This document shows, piece after piece, positions 54,501 through 64,000 of a DNA stretch of 64,000 nt. Positions within the stretch are counted from its first letter, which is position 1; the number at the start of each line of letters is the position of its first letter. Source of the stretch: Tubiluchus corallicola. Taxonomy: Eukaryota > Animalia > Priapulida. The notes beneath the pieces were generated by a model. The model saw only the letters and a program-made list of their open reading frames with translations, ran no database searches and was not told the origin of the DNA. A program made the translations under genes and the position numbers. The stretch is from positions 744,001 through 808,000 of the forward strand of contig JAQGDQ010000018.1 in the NCBI GenBank assembly GCA_030141605.1, given 5' to 3'.

Positions 54501-57500
54501 TTATGTCTTTTTCTAAGTACTGTTTTGCAATGCTGATATTATCGTGAGCTAGATAAATAGTAATTTATTACTCTTATTATTGAAACTTTCTAATATTTCT
54601 AACAAGTATTAAGATAAGCTCAGCTTTCCAAGAGAAATAAGACACAAAAAATTACAATTTTTTCATATACGTAATAAGCAACATTACATAAACAGAACAT
54701 ATGGTTACTTTTGGAAACCATTTTTCCTATAACGTCTAAATCTTTCAAGTAATCCATTTGCAAATTAAGTATATTGTACCTGATAAAGAAACACTATTTT
54801 TCAAATTCTATGAAATTTCAGAACAAATCATTTTTAAGGATTTTAATCTAAACTGACTGTACAGTTATGACTGACTGTACACCAAAGCCTAATTATGCCT
54901 GTAATATCACAACTATTTAAGGATTATATAAAGCCCAAAACAAATATTTTATCTTTCCCCTGATTTCTGCTCAGACAACTATATAGTTAAAACTCTGTAG
55001 ACCAGAACTGATCCCAATCACACTGGCGAGTTTTCAAATTCAGTTTTCTATAGATTGAACTGAAGATTAGAGAGACAATGTTTTAAATACAAGCTGAACT
55101 GGTTTAAGGATTGACAATTACCACTGAAATTTCTAAACTTGGTGAAACTATAATAAAAACTTTTGTTATGTGCATCTACAGTTTTGCCAGAGCAGCCAAG
55201 CATGTAAAAATTAAGATCTGCATAACATTTGTGTTTCTTTAAATTTAGTGGTCTGTTAAAGTTATAGGTCAATATTTCATTGTGATCTTCAAATGTAAAT
55301 ATTTACTACATCCTTGATCATTTTGACTGTCAATTTTGTATGATAATTTTGCAGTTGACAAACCAAGGTCATCAGTCAAGAACAGACAGAGTGCACTGCA
55401 CTCTAACACTGCTTTGAAAAAACATTGAATAACTTCACAAACGTGGACTCTTTGAGTAGAAAACAACTGTTGCACATATTATTCTACAAACTTAACCTGC
55501 CGATCCCTTCAGTTGATTTCAATATTGAACCGAAGTTTGAAAGGACAATTAAAAATGGTGTAAGAAAATCCTGAAAAAAAATTTGCTAAGAAGGTGTATT
55601 AACTTTTAATCAAATGACAATCACAAAACGTACTAGCAAATTTTATGTTACATTCGTGAGTCATACTAACCACAACATCGCAGTAACAGTGTTGAAAGAA
55701 ATCAGCATTTGTTATAAATGTCTGTTATAAGTGATAATTCTAATTTTATTTTAGTGATATTTGTGTGACATAAACAGACAACTGTTGATTCTGAATTCAG
55801 TAATTCTCCATGTGTACCTGCATTCATGATAACAACATAATAGTGACTTAAACCTGTCTATAACTCTGCCAAAGGGGTACATAATAACATATAATTAGTT
55901 CTCAAGCTCAACAAAATGTCAGAATTTCCTCGGAAAAGTTTATGGTTTCGATCATCATATGTGAATCGGTATAGTCCCGAGTACAGAGTCCTAATTACTG
56001 CAGGGTGTTGTACCAACAGTTTTAAAATCAGACAAAACTACAGTTGTGTGGAGCGCCTAAAGTTAAGCATAAATCAAACCAAAAATGGTGTTAGAGGTGT
56101 TAGACTAAGATCATAGTTCACTGCATTACGAATTTATGAGACATTGTTTTTGGGCTCTGTTTTCAAATATGACAGAAAGTCGTCAATGCAAATGGAGTCC
56201 AAGTAGGGATATTAAACGATATTAAATGATATGTACATGTATCAATAGTTATCGATTATCGTATCCATACGAAAAATGTGTTTATCATAATTGTATCCAT
56301 ATTACTCTAGGAATATTGTTGTTGTACCAAATTTGATGTGTATCCTGCTTATCGCTTACCTTTACAAAACCATTTCACTTAACTTTTTCATTTATGCACT
56401 GGAAATATGCAAAAAAATAAAAAAGAGTTATTTATAAGGTTGTTCGTATAATTTTCTTCTACTTTCTTTCTGTAAAAGAGGCTGTCTTAAGTCGATTCAG
56501 TGACTGCAAATGCTTAATGCGGTATTTTCATTGTAGCTAACACAAATAAATATATTATGTAGTATTATGCAGCAACATATAATATATTTATCTGTCGCAG
56601 CTCACATATAAGTATTACTTTATGACTAAACAAAGAAGAGAACTTTGTCATAGATTACATGTTTCTATACGTAAATTATGAAACAACCTGCAAAAATAAG
56701 TGTTGCAATACACTGAGACTAATGACTAAACAAACAAGAGAACTTTGTCATAGATTACACGTATTTATATATTAATTGGGAAACAACCTTCAAAAATACA
56801 GTGTTGCAGTACACTGAGCAGTTATTGGATTTGTGCAAGACACCTTGCACAATAATTAACTGTATATACACATTACTTTGTAAATTACTAGCCATCAATG
56901 AGTAACTGTGCTAATCAAACATAACTTCTTTGATAATAAATTGTGGTAATTCCCACACAAAATTTTGATTTTCTGGTGCAACAATGCTGTAAATTTTTGG
57001 AAGCAGTGTGACATGTGATGCACCAGCTGGCAGTCGAATAGACATGTTGAAAGCATTACATCATGTGTTGTAATGGAATAATGAAAGAGAGAGAGATAAA
57101 GGAGAGTGATCTGAGCTTAACAGACAAGTGGAGATCTATCAGACATCCTAAACACTGGATGCAGGTTAATGAGGCAACAGATTATTATGTCGGGAGATAG
57201 ACTAGTCAACAGCATGAGGCATTGAGAAGAAAAAGCGAAAAGTGCAGAAAAAAAAGAAAAACTGATGTTCATACAAATTTCTTTTTTACATACTTTTTCT
57301 TCTTTTTATAATGATTCGTTAACGTTTTTGTTTCTTGCTATTTTCTTTTGTCATTCTCTTTGTCTTTCTCTGTCTTAACGCTTAGCCTCTCTTCCTCTCA
57401 CTTCCCATTTTTTCTTTCTTACATGTTTCTCGTTTCCTAATCAATGTAATTATAAATTCTAGCTCTTTCTTGATACGTATATTATATAATATGTATAGTA

Positions 57501-58273
57501 ACAAAATATTTTACAGATGAACTTTACTAAATTTTGCTGCATAAATGTTAAATGGCAAATGAAAGACATAAAACTCTATAAAGACATAAATGCCCTTTAT
57601 AGTCTCATAATAGATCTACTTCTTTCCAGAACTTTTGCCTCAGTAGGATCCTACCAGCTGAAAATTACAGATAAAATATTAAAACAGTATGTACAAGTAT
57701 GTACAAAACACATCACAGTAGCCGATGTTTCCTCAGTGTTCATAAATCTCCAATTTTTAATAACCTCACCTCGAGTTAGCAGTGCAAGTCTACCGAGGTA
57801 TGTCAACTAATTCCTTTTACGTTCTTTAATAAAGTTTTTATACTAGCAAGACCAAATGCATAGTGTTTGGCCTTTTCTTTCAATGCATTTGTTTTTACTC
57901 TTTTCCTAAATTATTCTTAAATCAATGACGTTTAGCTAATATTTTTATTTTTAATCTTTATCTGCAGCCTTGTACAGACTTTTAATATTTTATCAGGAAA
58001 TTTCAGCTGACGAGCCCTGTTAAGGCGAAGGCTCCAGAAATTAATAAATAGCATGTTCTGAGACTATAAAGTGCATTAAACGTTTTATTCATGTAAATGA
58101 CAACTCTCGGGAAAGTGCTCTAATATTTTAAATCAAAAACATACTTACCTGTAAATTTTGCGGCACAGATGGGGTGGCCAGTCAGAAAACAGCTTTTCAT
58201 TAGTATATGGCATTGGAATGGTGGACAGTGGAGTTATCATATCATCTACACTGATTGGAGGAAGTGCCTCTAC
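20527..58273 (-). CDS. PAN2: PAN2-PAN3 deadenylation complex catalytic subunit PAN2, 5'-partial (linker, pseudo-UCH, DEDDh exonuclease), 18 exons, 833 aa in window
   Basis: Exons (minus) 58149-58273, 34714-34886, 34231-34391, 32790-32921, 32438-32584, 28216-28268, 27541-27689, 27164-27273, 26928-27026, 26191-26351, 25828-25951, 25445-25648, 24758-25003, 24498-24583, 24101-24198, 22438-22577, 20846-20939, 20527-20726 join in frame (2502 nt). Motifs [87 protein letters not shown] (DEDDh residues intact). No WD40 exon recognised in 58274-64000. Confidence 0.95.
21210..22274. mobile_element. piggyBac-like non-autonomous DNA element in a PAN2 intron
   Basis: TTAA-CACTTTCAC ... GTGAAGGTG-TTAA termini; internal CAAGATGGCTGCC-type motifs; decayed. 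Confidence 0.45.
23822..23955. repeat. 38-bp tandem repeat (~2.5-3 copies)
   Basis: Unit cgatgagtagagatgagatcaccacctcccaacaRaat repeated, then degenerating. Confidence 0.85.
30380..30690. repeat. ~115-bp local duplication plus degenerate (TTAGA/TTAGG)n pentamer array
   Basis: ttaaagtttcaaaaa...catcaa..taatcaaaa.tagattag occurs twice (~30383, ~30498), followed by runs such as ttaggttagattaaattag and ttagattagattag. Confidence 0.7.
33409..33580. mobile_element. SINE remnants: 5S-rRNA-like head (+) and Deu-domain-like motif (-)
   Basis: aagcagcatagacttggttatcaaatgaatgggtgactgcgaggaatacc resembles the 5S internal control region (AAGCAGGGTCGGGCCTGGTTAGTACTTGGATGGGAGACCGCCTGGGAATACC); minus-strand gatgagacgttaaacc at ~33556-33571 resembles the DeuSINE core. 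Recognised from memory, not by alignment. Confidence 0.4.
35185..36090. mobile_element. Nested inverted-repeat (foldback/MITE) structure
   Basis: Outer arms ~35205-35273 / 35997-36064 (ttttttggtgttttcttgtag..tggtccagagaataacatatccaaa); inner arms 35287-35352 / 35715-35779 (tttagga.ttgtgaacaaagtctacctgttt..gtactgtcacaac.tagc). Confidence 0.75.
36314..36631. repeat. Long imperfect (GA)n microsatellite (~320 bp)
   Basis: Near-continuous gagagaga with G/A interruptions. Confidence 0.97.
48555..48832 (+). promoter_or_regulatory. Putative CpG-containing promoter and non-coding first exon of the nested ZF gene
   Basis: NRF1-like CATGCGCAG at 48578-48586 and GCGCGC motifs; donor AAG|GTAAGG at 48832/48833; pyrimidine-rich acceptor tttttcttccacag ending at 49592, upstream of the ZF ATG. 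Confidence 0.5.
49798..50598 (+). CDS. C2H2 (Kruppel-type) zinc-finger protein, 266 aa, 8 intact fingers plus a truncated ninth; nested antisense in a PAN2 intron
   Basis: Eight CxxC-x12-H-x3-H repeats with TGEKPF/TGSKPY/TGERP linkers in one coding exon; no KRAB, ZAD or BTB domain in the ORF. Confidence 0.9.
   Translation: MGVHSENVCEVCSAGFQKTIDLKLHMSSHAVQNFYKCDMCSANFQEATDLKVHMRSHAVTKLHKCDMCNSVFNRPSSLLNHIRTHTGEKPFKCENCEKAFTVSSDLIRHMRSHTRIKPHKCKLCYAAFSRADHLTEHIRTHTGSKPYKCELCAATFGRKGHLKRHKKTHTGERPNKCDQCDATFTASYALKRHKQTHSYDKPYKCDLCPSAFALPSYLNAHLKTHTEKTEVYECDLCDTGFTHSSFCLLTRDLTQDVNFPSLMLGI
53486..54561 (-). mobile_element. 5'-truncated CR1/L2-clade LINE (C-terminal RT region, 3'UTR and (TAC)n tail)
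   Basis: Uninterrupted ~300-codon frame [70 protein letters not shown]; 3'UTR has AATAAA followed by a TACTACTACTA tail. Confidence 0.9.
56622..56818. repeat. ~100-bp tandem duplication (2 diverged copies)
   Basis: atgactaaacaaa.aagagaactttgtcatagattaca...gaaacaacct.caaaaata..gtgttgca.tacactgag at 56622 and 56722. Confidence 0.9.
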
Positions 58274-58450
58274 CTGCATAGAAATGTAAAACTTCAAACT
58301 TCAAGCTCACCTTTTATACAACCACAAGTTGGGAACCAGCACTTAATGACACAGGGTCTACTGCTAATGCTGCTGGTTGCAGCAGGAATGGAGCTAAGGC
58401 CAAGAATAGTCTTCAAAAAGGAGATACAGCCCTGACAGAGGTATCTTAAT

Positions 58451-58560
58451 GACATTCGGATGTGTACACATCCTCTCTCAACGAGAAAAATAGCCCATAT
58501 GACAATTCACATTTTTCTGGTAGGCAACCAGTCATTTACTAACCAATCGCAGCAGTGCTA
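58451..58560 (-). mobile_element. Possible degraded 5S-derived/Deu-like SINE
   Basis: Minus strand tggttagtaaatgactggttgcctaccagaaaaat (5S-box-like) followed by catatgggctatttttctcgttgagagaggatgtgtacacatccgaatgtc, a loose match to the Deu/AmnSINE body. Confidence 0.3.
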
Positions 58561-61500
58561 CAGTCACTAAAAATTCAGTTATCCCCTTGCCAGCAGTAGT
58601 AATAGAATCAACACATACCTACATAGAAAATAGCATTAGTGTAGTCACCTAACACAATAACTATTGCTGAAATAAACAGACTATAAAAAGCAGAATTGAT
58701 TACAATGAATAAGGCAAATGATTTACAAAAAAGTGATTTTTTTCCAAAACATTGAAAAAACTTTGTGAAGACTCCAGAAATGTATGGATTTCTCAGCAAA
58801 AACCCACTAAAATCTATGAAACTACTGGAGACAAAATGGAGACAGCTAACCAAGTTTAGTGTATCTTTGAGCAACGTTAAGCTTAGATGACTTCAGTGTA
58901 TGCCAAATCTTTTTTATACCTTAAAAAAGTATAAAAAGCACTAACCACAGCTGGAAACTCTGTATCATTAGAGAAAGCATTATATGTGATATGTTCACTA
59001 TTGGCACCAAATAAGTGCACGACACCTGGAAAAACAAAGTAAAATATTTGTTACAAAAGATTTCAGATAAATTATTATTAAACCACCTTAGTTTACCTTT
59101 TCTGTCATTTTTAATATGCTGACGAGTTGGCAGTCACCAAAAACACTTCTACTTTTAGAAACTCACAAGACTAACATTTATATTTTTGAATATTGGGTTT
59201 ATAAACAATGAAAAATGTAACATCTTTCTCCTCAACTCTAGAACAAACAAAAAATTACACACTTGATTTACTTATCATTAACTTACGGAATAATTCGTGA
59301 GCTCGTTCTTTGTGTGATGACTTGAAAGATGAATAGAAGATTGTTTGAAATGGGGATGTAACAGGGACACTCAAAACACTTTAAAATGATGTCTGACAGG
59401 GAACATGTGTGACATAAAATTTATGTAAGGCCTCATCTTGAACCTTACCTTTATGACAGACTTCTACTACCAGATGGCAGACATCAGAAATTACAAAAGA
59501 ACAGTAATCAGCATGTAAAATCATTTTTAATTGGTATAATTTTCAAATTATGTAAATGTACTACACACTTAGAAACCTCCTAATAGTCTAATAGATTATT
59601 AACTAATAGATGGATATTTTGTCAAGCTTTTTACCATCTTCCAGTTTGTGTTTACTTTTACTTGTCTGCCCTTTGTAGTATTTTAGCCTAAGTCTCAAAC
59701 CTTAGTTTTAGTTTCTTTGTTATTCTATCCACAAATTAATTCTTGGTTGCTTTTCCATTATTTCATTTGCATTGTTTTAAGTGCAAACTTTTTGCCCTTA
59801 TAATTATTGCATAAGTACATTTACGTATATAATTAAGTATAATTATACATAATTACAGATATAATTATACATTATATACATTATTCTGCTTGTTTACCTA
59901 TAAGTTTACATATAAAAAGGCAAATGACAAAATTTTAGAGGAAAAAACCGCATATGGCATTTAGTGTCACTGTAGCTAGGAGCAAGGTGCCCTTAGCTCT
60001 GTTATTCACCAACATTTCTTGCAACATTTATTTAAAGGTGGAACAACATTTGCTTATTGACATGAATGTCTTATTTTCGCTGCATGCAACAAAACGCTAA
60101 AACCTACAATCAATAAACAGGTAGAATGCGTGCAGCTTGATTGTCATTTACAGTTTAGTTTGGCAACATTTACCTCCACTGTGTATTTTGCCATTACATG
60201 CCATAATAGCTTCTGACATCAAAGTTGTCTTTATAATGGAAGTAGTTATGGCTTCAACAGTAACAATGATACAGGATGTCAACAATAGAAACTTGACGTA
60301 ACAGTCAAGTTTATTATTAGACGATAAAATACTGAATATGTTTAGCCAAGTTTGACAAAATATTGGCTGTCCCAGAAAACAACTTTATGTAACAACTGCC
60401 AGCTCCCAATAAATGTTATAATCTTCACTACGGTTTTGAAAAATAAGTTATAATAATTTAATTTCGTATGTACAACATTTTTAATAAAATCATGGAAATC
60501 GTTTTGTTAATGTATAAGGAGTTGCTCAAAATTTATGATGCATATTAATCAAGCAATCTACGATTAAAATTTGCTGACATTTTTATGATAAGGAAAACGG
60601 CTCCAAATTGGATTACCAAATAATTACATGTGACAAGATGGTAACAGTGATTTGTGCAGCTAAATATGACATTAACAAGCAACAGCATTAATGGAACTTC
60701 AAAATAATGTGAAAGCAATGTCAAAGAATGTGACATGGGCATAAACGTATAGGTAAAACAAAAGCAGTAACATGCCTCTATAATAAATTCTAATAGGAAA
60801 TAAAGAACTAAAAACAAAAAAAACCTGATCTAAATTAATTCAAAACCAAACGATTAAAAGACAGTTAGTCAAACGTAAAATTACTGTTTTTATGAAAATT
60901 GGAAAATAAAAAACCAAACTTTTTAGTTAATAAAAAAGCAACAAACATTGTTAATGATAACATTATAAAATAAACAATTATAAATACGATAGGCTAAATC
61001 TATGTAATGCATATGTATTTCCAAAATAATGTATTTTCTTTTGTGATCAACATTGCTTCATTAAATAATTTGAAATTTTATAAAATAGTTTGATATGGTA
61101 ATGAAGCTTGTATAATTTATTCAGTCAAAGCCAAGATGCACGTTTATTTAATTTTACCATCGTAAATAAACTTGACTCAAGGTAGAGGTATCTCTTCATA
61201 CTGTCTCATACTAACAATTCTATTCTAAATATTAGTATCCTAACACTTAAAAATTAATTTATTCATCTAGCCTATTCACCATTTGAGGATACAATGACTG
61301 CAATGTTGTATCAAACAAACTTTGTATAATTTTCAGTTACCAAAAACAATTAAGTGTGAGGCACATCTTGAGAGGCAGCACAACAAACAGATAACTTCAG
61401 AGCTTGAACTGGAAATCAATAGTATTAAAGCACGTGTATGAGGAAGCAGAGTATTTTCACTCAGTTGGCTTGGAAATCTTGATGATATTGTTACATAAAA

Positions 61501-64000
61501 GATTCATAAGATGCACTTACGTATGTTATTATTTTATGAGCAAAATTACTGAAAGCAGAAAAAGACTGTCATGTGAAATACAGCAAAATGAATTTGCAAT
61601 GAGGCCTGATAAAACTTAACTGCAATAAATCAGCTCATTGTTAGTGTTGAAAAAGGCCATAAAGGAATACGAGGCACTTAACAGAATAAGCAGAAATTAA
61701 AATGGAACAAGCTTAAAAGAAAACAGGACCCAATCTTAAACTGTAGGTCAAAACAATCTGCTCTTTAAAATATTGAAAGGGAATGTACTATTTTTGCAAG
61801 AATGATTTATGTGAAAGAAGTATTACCACACAAATACAATTTCGCGTTCGTGCCAATAGTTCTTCACTGTTAAAAGTATTTCGCTATTCACTAGTTAGAT
61901 GGGCACTAGTGCCTCCATTTCGCAAACGCGTTGCACAAATATCAGGTGCTATACCTCATACGTAAGCACAGCTGTAAATTTGAAATTTAAATTTTTATCT
62001 TAAAACTTGCCGAGTTTTAGTATAACACACTGAACAAATCTCTTACAGTAGCACTATACTTCAATCTTTGTTTTCGAAAACATGTGCAACACACTCACGG
62101 AATGTTTGTGCTGTTGAAAATTATGTTCATTTGTGATGTCATTAATAGTTGGGCTCACCCGTTGTAAAGAATTAATCTATTATTTAATTATCAGAAATGC
62201 TTTTGCAGTATTATTTGTGCTAAAATGTATAATTTTTGCCATACTTGAAAATGGGGTAGTATATGAAAAATAATCCTGTCGTCCTTTGACTTTGCAAGTC
62301 TTCACTCACATTATAATAATAATTTCGTTTAGGACATAGTCCAGGGATAACATCTTAAATAACTCAATACTTATTTCAAAGTTGGTCCCGATTATTATTA
62401 CCTGCATATATTTTGTTTTGGTTCTTTGGTGTTTGGTTGAAGGAGTAGAAATTAGACATATATGTAAACCTCTGACTATGCATGAAACCAAACGAACATC
62501 TAAAATGAGTTTGGTACAGCTGTAGTCTTGAACGAATATAGCCATCACATGTTTAACTGACCAAGGCAAAATAAAGTAAATATCTAAACAAAATGCCATG
62601 TTCCAGTGACAGAACAATTTATAAAAACATTGTACTTAATGATCAAAGGTGTCTCTGAGAAAACAATCAATATTTCATAAGTTTCATTTAAATTGTGGGC
62701 TTTCTCGATAACAAAAAAGTCTTTTTAAAGTAATCTAGAAAATTATTATTATGTTGTTTACTGGCAGTGCAGCACCTGTCTACGCCTAATTGGACAAAAA
62801 AATTATAGTTTCAAAGTTAAGGTGTTATGATGTAACACAGAACAATGCAACAAGGCTCGTTACTGATCTGTAGCATAATTATAAAATTCTATTTTGAATG
62901 CGGTGTGTTTGATAGTCTGATAAATAAATAAATATGAAATTCATTTATGTTGTAATAATAGTTATAATAATTATTTATATGCTTACTTTCGATACAACTG
63001 AGAAATGAAGGAACGAACCGACAACTTTTAAATTTCAGTAACAAAAGTAAACTGAAAGAAAGGAAATGTGAAAAAAATCGAGACTGTATCTGCTATTGAA
63101 TCAGGAATCGGGAACACAAAGAGCTGTACTGTCTACTAGACATGGCATTTAAATTTTAATCCAAAAACACCTTACTGAATTTGAAACCAATCTCAACTGT
63201 TTCAAATTTCATTTGGTTTTGCTTCATTTTGGTTTCAAACAATGTGGGTTCGGTCCATCATTACACAGTTACACTGTTTAACATTCATTCAGGGGATATA
63301 ACCAAATGGCTATGTAATTTATACTGACTTGTACCAAATCAGAAACACAAAAGGGAGCTCAACAGCTGCACATTACTCATTGCAGATACAAGGAGACTAG
63401 CTAAATGAAAAACCAAGCAAATACAAAATTTCTTCATTTCAACTATAATGCAAAAAAATGGTTAAATAAACAACTTTTAACTATTAAGGCTATTATCTTA
63501 CTGATGATGAAAAAAACAAAAAAGAATGTGATACAATTTAAACAGTCAGAGCAAAAGCAGAGCACATTTAAATTATCAAGTTTAATACCTGAGGTTAGAC
63601 AGCATAAATTATAATTCTTTAGCTGTATTTTAATCCAGTCAAATTGTGGCTGTTAAGTGAACAAATTGCAATAAAAATATTCTCACTTGTACCTAGCACA
63701 GAAAAACGTGCTGATTAATATACTAAAAAAGCCACCGCCTACTAGCTGGTGGAAACCTCATCAGCAGCCATTACCAAAAAAACTGGAATATTGCTACGAC
63801 TCAGCAAAAAAGTATGTAAAGAAGGCTAAACTACAGGTACACTTATATTTTAAGGTCAAGGAAAACAATCGTAACTTTTCTAAGATATTAAAACATCTCA
63901 GAACTTTAAAAATGAAAAATATTTCCTCCATTACCAAAAAAGGGTCTTGCTATGTTTTTTTATGGTCAGAGAATGTAATGAGCATGTTTTTCTGTTCCTA

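Noticed and set aside
58169-58435. 88-aa plus-strand ORF
   Set aside because: Antisense shadow of PAN2 exon 58149-58273.
58274-64000. Further upstream PAN2 (WD40) exons, e.g. donor-like sites near 59449, 60173 and 62401
   Set aside because: Translations do not resemble PAN2 in the required phase; the next exon probably lies beyond the window.

Overview
AT-rich animal (invertebrate-like) nuclear DNA with GT-AG spliced genes; the species cannot be determined from the sequence. Splicing the exons by hand gives four genes. (1) + strand, 9 exons (92-8496): a 351-aa protein made of two complete SSAT/SAT2-type (diamine/thialysine N-acetyltransferase) GNAT domains fused head-to-tail. (2) - strand, 9 exons (11634-16703): IMP4, 291 aa. 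(3) - strand, 18 exons (20527-58273): the 3' 833 codons of PAN2 deadenylase, whose WD40 exons lie beyond the window. Its pseudo-UCH domain carries an inserted Nab2/ZC3H14-type CCCH zinc finger. (4) + strand: an 8-finger C2H2 zinc-finger gene (CDS 49798-50598) nested antisense in a 23.3-kb PAN2 intron. That intron also holds a ~13-kb CpG-retaining, homeodomain-motif-rich domain, whereas the gene bodies are CpG-depleted. Introns carry hAT-, Tc2/pogo- and piggyBac-like MITEs, CR1/L2-type LINE fragments, a Helitron-like insert, 5S/Deu-like SINE remnants and simple repeats. No tRNA, rRNA or CRISPR array is supported.
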